DNA of 64,000 bases from a virus (Duplodnaviria > Caudoviricetes), in the IMG/VR virus record IMGVR_UViG_3300042275_000327, positions 83,627-147,626 of that record; one strand, written 5' to 3'. This document shows positions 58,257-64,000 of the stretch, in pieces. A program made the translations under genes and the position numbers. Position 1 is the stretch's first letter. Every line of letters starts with the position of its first letter. The notes beneath the pieces are model-generated. The model saw nothing but the letters and a program-made list of their open reading frames with translations. It was not told the DNA's origin and made no database searches.

Positions 58257-58508
58257 ATGAACGAAATTAGAAACGGAAATGATGGAAGAGTGGATGACTT
58301 GGCACGCGAAATCTTTGAATTTAGAGACATCTGTGCAAAGGCTAAGCGTATTGCTATGGACAAAGCTACAAAGCTATTTGGTGCAAATGAGGAATCAGAA
58401 GGTGAGAAGGCTTTGAGTGGTGGTGGATTAGTGGGTGAACTTTCTACAAGTATTGCTTGTGCCAAGAAGGATATTTTGAAAGTCATGGAATTTGTTGACT
58501 CGCTTTGA
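58257..58508 (+). CDS. Hypothetical protein in inserted cassette
   Basis: AAGGAG RBS; CGC/CGT codons atypical for this genome. Confidence 0.7.
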   Translation: MNEIRNGNDGRVDDLAREIFEFRDICAKAKRIAMDKATKLFGANEESEGEKALSGGGLVGELSTSIACAKKDILKVMEFVDSL

Positions 58509-58547
58509 TTATGCGAGGTTACAACCAAGGTTGTAAAAGCATAACCC

Positions 58548-58575
58548 TTGCATTTGCAAGCAGTTGTGGTATAAT
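58548..58575 (+). promoter_or_regulatory. Sigma70 extended -10 promoter
   Basis: TTGCAT-16nt-TATAAT with TG. Confidence 0.6.
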
Positions 58576-58637
58576 TTGTTACAAGCGCACCGTATCTTTT
58601 CGGAGAACGGCAGGAGTGGCCACCATAGAAGGGCTGT

Positions 58638-58713
58638 AGGACTGTGGCGGAATGGTATACGCTACCGTTAAGGTGGTACGATTAGGGTGCAGGTTCGAAT
58701 CCTGCCAGTCCTA
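58638..58713 (+). tRNA. tRNA-Leu-like with non-canonical anticodon loop
   Basis: Perfect acceptor/T arms, A73; TACC-GTTAAGGT-GGTA. Confidence 0.65.
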
Positions 58714-58780
58714 AATATTTTTGTTATGGTGATAGGATTGTCCCATGTAAAAAACAGAAAAATCCGGACAGAAGATTTAT

Positions 58781-58848
58781 CGCTGGGAGCAAGGCTGCTG
58801 GTCTGTCTCATAAGCATGACTATGAGGGTTCGATTCCCTCCTCAGCTA
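58781..58848 (+). tRNA. tRNA-Met(CAU), initiator-like, reduced D-arm
   Basis: C1xU72, loop CTCATAA, bulged anticodon stem, 68 nt. Confidence 0.7.
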
Positions 58849-58851
58849 AAT

Positions 58852-58922
58852 TGCCAAGTGGTGTAATGGAAACACAATAGAATTTGGATCTATTATCAGA
58901 GGTTCAAATCCTCTCTTGGTAG
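58852..58922 (+). tRNA. tRNA-Gln(UUG)
   Basis: U1-A72, G73, ATAGA-ATTTGGA-TCTAT. Confidence 0.88.
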
Positions 58923-58927
58923 AAAAA

Positions 58928-59011
58928 GGAAGATTATGTTAATTGGTAAACAGCTTGTCTTGAAAACAAGTGGGTGTAAAAGCCTTGGGGGTTCGAGTCC
59001 CTCATCTTCCG
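58928..59011 (+). tRNA. tRNA-Ser(UGA)
   Basis: CTTGT-CTTGAAA-ACAAG; long variable arm; G73. Confidence 0.92.
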
Positions 59012-59020
59012 TCTAGCAAT

Positions 59021-59093
59021 GGAATAATAACTCAGTGGTTAGAGTGGCAGTCTTATAAACTGCTGGTCGGTGGTTCAAGTCCATCTTATTCCA
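59021..59093 (+). tRNA. tRNA-Ile(UAU)
   Basis: GCAGT-CTTATAA-ACTGC; canonical cloverleaf. Confidence 0.9.
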
Positions 59094-59109
59094 AAAGGAG
59101 AAGATTATT

Positions 59110-59541
59110 ATGAATGATACAATCAAAGTTGAATTAAAAAAGATCTCTGAGGATGTAAAGAAAAATCTAAAGCTAGATGAAGTTCGTTCTTTATCAAGAG
59201 AATATATTGAACTAGATGAGTTATCAAAGAAGATTTCTAGTGAGATGAATAAGATAAAGAAGCATCTTTCTTCCAAGGTCTTTATAGAAAAGTTTGAAGA
59301 ATTAGGGAAGACTGTCAGTAATGTAGAGGGAAGAAAGTCCTACAAGCTTTCAAAAGAATTGTTGTTGGCTGAATATCCAATGAAGGATCTTTTTGAGATC
59401 TCCTCTATTACAGAAAAGAGTCTTAGGGAATATCTTGTTAATCAATATTCTGAAACAGAAGGTCTAATTGAGGAGAGGATTTTTAGAGTAAAAGAAGAAG
59501 ACGGAGTTGGTGCTCCTTCAATTAAAATAACTAAGATCTAA
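59110..59541 (+). CDS. Hypothetical protein
   Basis: 143 aa with RBS. Confidence 0.65.
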   Translation: MNDTIKVELKKISEDVKKNLKLDEVRSLSREYIELDELSKKISSEMNKIKKHLSSKVFIEKFEELGKTVSNVEGRKSYKLSKELLLAEYPMKDLFEISSITEKSLREYLVNQYSETEGLIEERIFRVKEEDGVGAPSIKITKI

Positions 59542-59555
59542 AAAGGAAAACAAAA

Positions 59556-59732
59556 ATGGAAGGTATAGAATTATTATCACTAGCAGTCTTTATAATCATG
59601 GGAATTATTGGAACTCAGATGTCTAAAAAGAGAAACATGAGTAAGCTAGGAGGTTTTGCTCTAGGATTTCTTTTAGGACTTATTGGACTCGCTATCATTG
59701 CTCTTGTTGGAGAGAAAAAGGAGATTCAATGA
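59556..59732 (+). CDS. Small membrane protein (58 aa)
   Basis: Hand-translated; two hydrophobic segments (GFALGFLLGLIGLAIIAL). Confidence 0.65.
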   Translation: MEGIELLSLAVFIIMGIIGTQMSKKRNMSKLGGFALGFLLGLIGLAIIALVGEKKEIQ

Positions 59733-59968
59733 AGAATGAAATGCTTTCTATTTTTGACCATAAAATAATAGAAGAGAATATAAAATCTTACTCTGATTTT
59801 TGGAGGTTTGTAGAGAGTCTACAGTCTTTTATGAAAGAGAAAGGAAAAGAAATTAAGATTACTGTAAAAGATAGTGGAACAGATTCTATAGAATTCTCTA
59901 TGAATGGGGGTATGTATAAAGAATTTAAAGATAGATGGGAAGAAAGTCTAAAGGAGAAAACAGAATGA
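59729..59968 (+). CDS. Hypothetical protein
   Basis: 79 aa, ATGA-coupled. Confidence 0.6.
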   Translation: MKNEMLSIFDHKIIEENIKSYSDFWRFVESLQSFMKEKGKEIKITVKDSGTDSIEFSMNGGMYKEFKDRWEESLKEKTE

Positions 59969-60336
59969 AAATATTAACAGGTGCTATTGGTAGTGGAAAA
60001 ACATATCAACTTCTAAAAAGATGTAATGAAGCTGGTGGAATTTATGTTACAGAAGGAATGGGATATAAGCTTTGCGCTCAAGACATTATTGAACGTGCTG
60101 GATTCTATAATATTCAGAAGGTTATCTCTTTTAGAGAGTATCTAAATTTATATGGTGTAGAAAAGAATAAAGATAAATTCTTTTTTGACATCGATGGTTT
60201 ATTCAAAGATGAAGATACAATTGCTCTTACTTGTACTGATACTGTGACATTAGTAGAAAAGAAGCCTGTAGATAGATTTGAATATATTACTAGTATTATC
60301 TATGATATAGAGCAAGTTAAAAGAAGAACATGGTAA
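59965..60336 (+). CDS. Small P-loop protein
   Basis: GAIGSGKT; start reassigned. Confidence 0.6.
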   Translation: MKILTGAIGSGKTYQLLKRCNEAGGIYVTEGMGYKLCAQDIIERAGFYNIQKVISFREYLNLYGVEKNKDKFFFDIDGLFKDEDTIALTCTDTVTLVEKKPVDRFEYITSIIYDIEQVKRRTW

Positions 60337-60377
60337 AACTATTTGAAACTTTTCTTTAATTTGTTAAAAGTTTAAAA

Positions 60378-60620
60378 ATGAGGATAAAGGTGAATATAAA
60401 AAATTTTTTAGAAAGAATCTATGATGTTCCTAAAAATTATGAAATAAGTTTAAGTCATTGTTTTGTAATGGATGAAGATGAGGGACTAGTTGGAATAATG
60501 GATGCTCCTATTATTGGTATTGCTATAGACGATGAAAACAAGGAGCTACATTTTGTTCTAAAAGAAGATTCAAAGAAAGCATTAGATTATCTTCATCTTC
60601 CTTTTGAGAGTTTAGAATAG
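60378..60620 (+). CDS. Hypothetical protein
   Basis: 80-aa ORF. Confidence 0.55.
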   Translation: MRIKVNIKNFLERIYDVPKNYEISLSHCFVMDEDEGLVGIMDAPIIGIAIDDENKELHFVLKEDSKKALDYLHLPFESLE

Positions 60621-60639
60621 ATAGATTTTGTGGATATTA

Positions 60640-60711
60640 GGTCTCTTGGTCTAATGGTTAGGACAGAAGATTTTCATTCTTCAGATAGGAGTTCAATTCT
60701 CCTAGAGACTA
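60640..60711 (+). tRNA. tRNA-Glu(UUC)
   Basis: GAAGA-TTTTCAT-TCTTC. Confidence 0.9.
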
Positions 60712-60901
60712 TTCCCCGAGGTAGTTGGGGAAAGAAATTAACTATCGAATGTGTGGTGTAGGGAGGAATTGTTTTTGCTGTTGGCTAGACAGTTCCTCCA
60801 CTTTTCCTAAGAAAGAGTAAGAAGCTTAAAATTTAGAGAGTTAGTTCAAATTAGTTAACTATTATATAAGATTTTTATGATGTAGAATGTTTTAAAAGAA
60901 A

Positions 60902-60986
60902 GTCCCCTGTTCCTGATATTGGTCTTCTAAACCAATCCACTTAAAAATCAGGAGGAAGGTATCTGGTTCAATTCCAGCAGGGGATA
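60902..60986 (+). ncRNA. D-armless tRNA-Arg(UCU)-like RNA
   Basis: GTCCCCTG/CAGGGGAT, TTCCTGAT/ATCAGGAG, ATTGGT-CTTCTAA-ACCAAT, CTGG-TTCAATT-CCAG. Confidence 0.7.
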
Positions 60987-61001
60987 TAATTGGAGCTTTA
61001 T

Positions 61002-61586
61002 ATGGAATGGTTTACTTCAGATTGGCATTTAGGACATAGAAATCTTCTTTCTTTTGGAGGAAGAACTGAGTTTTCTTCTATAGAGGAAATGAATGATATT
61101 ATTGTGTCTAATATGTTATCTGTAATGAAAAGAAATGATTCTCTATATTTTCTTGGAGATCTGGCTTTCAATAGAGATCTGATTCTTCCTACTTTGGAAT
61201 TGTTCAAAGAAAAGCAAATCAAGTTTTTTTGGATTGTTGGAAATCATGATATGAAGTATAAGATAGAGAAATTCTCTGATCTTTGTGAGAAGATAGAACT
61301 TACTCATATTTTCAAGAAAGATAAGAAGGTGATCCATCTATCCCATTTTCCAATGAGGTTGTGGCATAGAAGTTTTGATAATACCTATCATCTATATGGA
61401 CATGTTCATAAGTTCTCTAAAGAGATTGAGATGATGAAGAAAGATTATGGAAAGAGCTTCAATGTAAATGTAGAATTCAATAATTATATGCCATATTCTT
61501 TTGATGATATTGTAACTATTATGAATAGTAAGCCAGATAATATTGATAAGATATATAAGGATTATAGCTTACAATCGCCGATGTAG
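61002..61586 (+). CDS. Calcineurin-like metallophosphoesterase
   Basis: SDWHLGH, LGD, GNHD, SHFP, HLYGHVH. Confidence 0.9.
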   Translation: MEWFTSDWHLGHRNLLSFGGRTEFSSIEEMNDIIVSNMLSVMKRNDSLYFLGDLAFNRDLILPTLELFKEKQIKFFWIVGNHDMKYKIEKFSDLCEKIELTHIFKKDKKVIHLSHFPMRLWHRSFDNTYHLYGHVHKFSKEIEMMKKDYGKSFNVNVEFNNYMPYSFDDIVTIMNSKPDNIDKIYKDYSLQSPM

Positions 61587-61648
61587 ATCAGTGGTAGATC
61601 CACAGTCCTGTAAACTGTTTGTCGTCAGTTCGAATCTGACTGTCGGCT
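61577..61648 (+). tRNA. tRNA-Thr(UGU)
   Basis: ACAGT-CCTGTAA-ACTGT (C33). Confidence 0.88.
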
Positions 61649-61709
61649 TTAAAAATCTTTCAAATGTTTAGAAAACATTCTAGAGATTTTAGTATACTAT
61701 AAATATAAG

Positions 61710-61826
61710 AAAAGCAAAGAGAGTTCCTACTAAAATAATCTGTTAAATTAATTTACTCTCCGCTTTTTATATAAGATGCAAAGGGAGTTCCTACTAATCT
61801 ATGGTGAAATCTACTTCCCGCATCTT
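61710..61826 (+). ncRNA. Tandem pair of conserved stem-loop motifs in a 5' leader
   Basis: 2x [stem]GC-AAA-GRGAGT-TCCTACTAA..ACTYYC-C-GC[stem]. Confidence 0.7.
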
Positions 61827-61851
61827 TTATTTTTAACAAGGAGATCTAAAG

Positions 61852-63762
61852 ATGATATTTAATAAAGCAACATATCTTTTAACAAATAAGATATTTCTGT
61901 CAGAAGTGAAAAAGAATATTTCTCCATGCTCATTTAAGGAAGCTATTGAGAAAACTATTCCTTATGGATATATTCTGAGCAATGAACTAATTAAGAAACT
62001 AGATGAAGAAGATCTGAATAATCTTATCTTTCAAATCAATTCTTTAAATGTTCCTTCACAAAGCTGGACAAAAACATTTTATAAAAATTGGAAAATAATC
62101 GAAAAGAAAACAGATTTTTCTTTTACATTTGATCAGATGGTCCATTATCTATATGCTTATTACTCTGATTTAGGACTTATGGATTCTGATGAGATCTATG
62201 TTCCAAATACAGAAATTGAAAATTTTTCTATGAGAGAATACCTAAGCGCTCCAATCAGAGCCATCAAAGAAATCTCTATTGAAGAAGTAGAAGAGATCAT
62301 AGACAATCTAGTTTCTTCTGGAATTGCTCTTTCTCAAGAAAAGATTGGCACCATCTTAAATTCTTTAGAAGAAGTTGATTTAAATCCAATGATGCTTCTG
62401 GATAATTCTAAGAATAGAGAATTTTCTTGTCTTGTTAGAAAGAGATTTAATATTATCCCTAATCATCCTCTAGATTTTTTGAGACAAGTTGTCTATATTG
62501 CTACTGGAAAAACTCTTCTTATTAAGGATAAAGACACAATAGAAGCTCTGAAAAATTCAGAAGAAGCACAAGATTGGCTGAATTCTTATTGTATTCAAGT
62601 AGAAGGAAGCATGGTTGAATTATCAAAATATTTCTATCGTTTCAAGCCATTAATTCTTGCCATGAAGAATGAAAAAACAGCTAATCATGTCAATAGAATA
62701 AGAAGACTTGCAAAAAAGAATCATGTTCCCATGGAGAGAGACTATTTCAGCTCTATTGCTGAGAGAATAAAGAATGATCGGTATATAGACTTTGATGTCT
62801 TTTTGACAAAAGTGGAGACTCTTAACTCTTTCAGAATCATCAGTCTCTTGAAAGCTCTTAATAATCTCTATATTGATAACAAGATATATAGAATAAGAAA
62901 TGGAAAAGTCTGGGCAAAGACAGAAGAAACAGAAACATTCTATCCACAAGTTACTGAGATTGAAGATATTCTCATTAATCTTCTAGTTAAGAGAGTGACT
63001 AACAATTTGTATGGAAAGAAGATCTACATTCCAAAGAATATCACTTATGCTCTTCCTACTTCAGAAAAAGACTTTGTTGGAAGTATTCCTTGTGGATCCT
63101 ATGTAGAGATTGATAATAAGAAATCAGCTCTTCTTGGAGTTCATTGGACAAATCTTAACGATTATAGAGTAGATTTGGATTTATCTCTTATGAGTTTGAA
63201 TGAAAAGATTGGATGGGATGCCAATTATAGAAATTCGAATTTTGGACTTTGGTTTTCTGGAGATATTACTCATGCTCCAGAACCTGATGGAGCAACTGAA
63301 TTCTTTAGAGTGAATGGAGAGTCTGATTTGGCTTATACTTTGAATCTCAATCATTATAATTATAATTCTTGTGATTGTGGAGAGAAAGCTAAATATTCTA
63401 TCTTGATTGGAGAAATGAATTCAGAGGATAAAGATAGAATCTTTGTTCCTTCAGCAAAAATATTTGAATATTCAGACACTCTAGAAAATAAGACTAAGAC
63501 TTTGGGAATTTATATTCAGAAAGATGGGAATAAGAAATTCTATTTTCAGAAGCTTGAGTCCTTATCTGGGAGAACAGCAAAAAATTCTGAAACAAACAAG
63601 ATCTTGATTAAGAACTTGTTGGAAAGGTTTGAAAGAAATCTTACTTTGACAGACTTGTTAAAGATGTCAGTGATTGATATAGTTGAGACTCCTTCAGAAG
63701 CTGATATAGATCTTTCAGTGGATAACTTGAGTTCTGATTCAGTCATTAAACTATTTATTTAG
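61852..63762 (+). CDS. Large phage protein with C-terminal TerD-like domain
   Basis: GVHW..VDLDLS..FSGDITHAPEPDGATEFF. Confidence 0.6.
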   Translation: MIFNKATYLLTNKIFLSEVKKNISPCSFKEAIEKTIPYGYILSNELIKKLDEEDLNNLIFQINSLNVPSQSWTKTFYKNWKIIEKKTDFSFTFDQMVHYLYAYYSDLGLMDSDEIYVPNTEIENFSMREYLSAPIRAIKEISIEEVEEIIDNLVSSGIALSQEKIGTILNSLEEVDLNPMMLLDNSKNREFSCLVRKRFNIIPNHPLDFLRQVVYIATGKTLLIKDKDTIEALKNSEEAQDWLNSYCIQVEGSMVELSKYFYRFKPLILAMKNEKTANHVNRIRRLAKKNHVPMERDYFSSIAERIKNDRYIDFDVFLTKVETLNSFRIISLLKALNNLYIDNKIYRIRNGKVWAKTEETETFYPQVTEIEDILINLLVKRVTNNLYGKKIYIPKNITYALPTSEKDFVGSIPCGSYVEIDNKKSALLGVHWTNLNDYRVDLDLSLMSLNEKIGWDANYRNSNFGLWFSGDITHAPEPDGATEFFRVNGESDLAYTLNLNHYNYNSCDCGEKAKYSILIGEMNSEDKDRIFVPSAKIFEYSDTLENKTKTLGIYIQKDGNKKFYFQKLESLSGRTAKNSETNKILIKNLLERFERNLTLTDLLKMSVIDIVETPSEADIDLSVDNLSSDSVIKLFI

Positions 63763-63777
63763 AAAAGGAAAAAGACA

Positions 63778-64000
63778 ATGAAAAAATTGAGTATCGTATT
63801 GTTATGTATTGGAGGGATGTTATTTGGTGCTGAACAAGCAAGCACATCATTCAATGTGAATCTAAAAATCGAACCTGTACATCAGATCAAGATTCTTAAA
63901 GAGACACCAGCAAATGTTGATGTGTTCGATACAGCAACGACATTGACTGGTCATACATTCACTGAACTTGCAACAAGTGTATCTGATTACAAGATGGTTG
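63778..64000 (+). CDS. Signal-peptide-bearing protein, partial
   Basis: MKKLSIVLLCIGGMLFGA then beta-rich sequence; open to the window end. Confidence 0.7.
   Translation, partial: MKKLSIVLLCIGGMLFGAEQASTSFNVNLKIEPVHQIKILKETPANVDVFDTATTLTGHTFTELATSVSDYKMV

Noticed and set aside
59013-59276. Minus-strand ORF, and the other short antisense/nested ORFs in the track
   Set aside because: They are shadows of real genes or tRNAs, with no RBS or motifs.
55000-61700. tRNA-associated HDV-like (theta) ribozymes
   Set aside because: No convincing nested double pseudoknot was seen at tRNA 3' ends by eye; a motif search would be needed to exclude them.
1-64000. Alternative genetic code / stop-codon reassignment
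   Set aside because: Conserved genes are full length in code 11, TAG/TGA/TAA all end genes, and no CUA/UCA suppressor tRNA was found.

Overview
This AT-rich (roughly 30% GC by eye), gene-dense window is part of a large lytic dsDNA phage genome using the standard genetic code. Genes are on the minus strand up to ~14.45 kb and on the plus strand thereafter. It encodes a near-complete replication/recombination set: family A polymerase, clamp, DnaX-like loader, DnaB/DnaC, RecA, SbcCD, RuvC, NAD ligase, split T4-type topoisomerase II, class II RNR, dUTPase, two sigma-like factors and terminase large subunit. Four things stand out. (1) A thymidine-hypermodification cluster at 26.9-34.9 kb: dUMP hydroxymethylase-type TS homolog and 5hmU-DNA kinase combined with two glycosyltransferases, a HAD/kinase fusion and a cytidylyltransferase, with no recognisable amino-acid transferase. 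(2) An array at 36.3-40.1 kb of small proteins sharing a ~30-aa 'IILEKGDKI..E' module followed by unrelated cargo domains (one LPD11-like), possibly a modular head-packaging and injection system. (3) A 105-nt mini-tmRNA with an intact tRNA-like domain but no mRNA/pseudoknot domain, near Pth2. It opens a 55-62 kb RNA cluster of ~13 tRNAs, several remodelled tRNA-like RNAs and unknown structured RNAs. (4) A NeuB-type synthase and a tri-domain sialyltransferase-like/GT8 protein. All calls come from motif recognition by eye; no searches were run.
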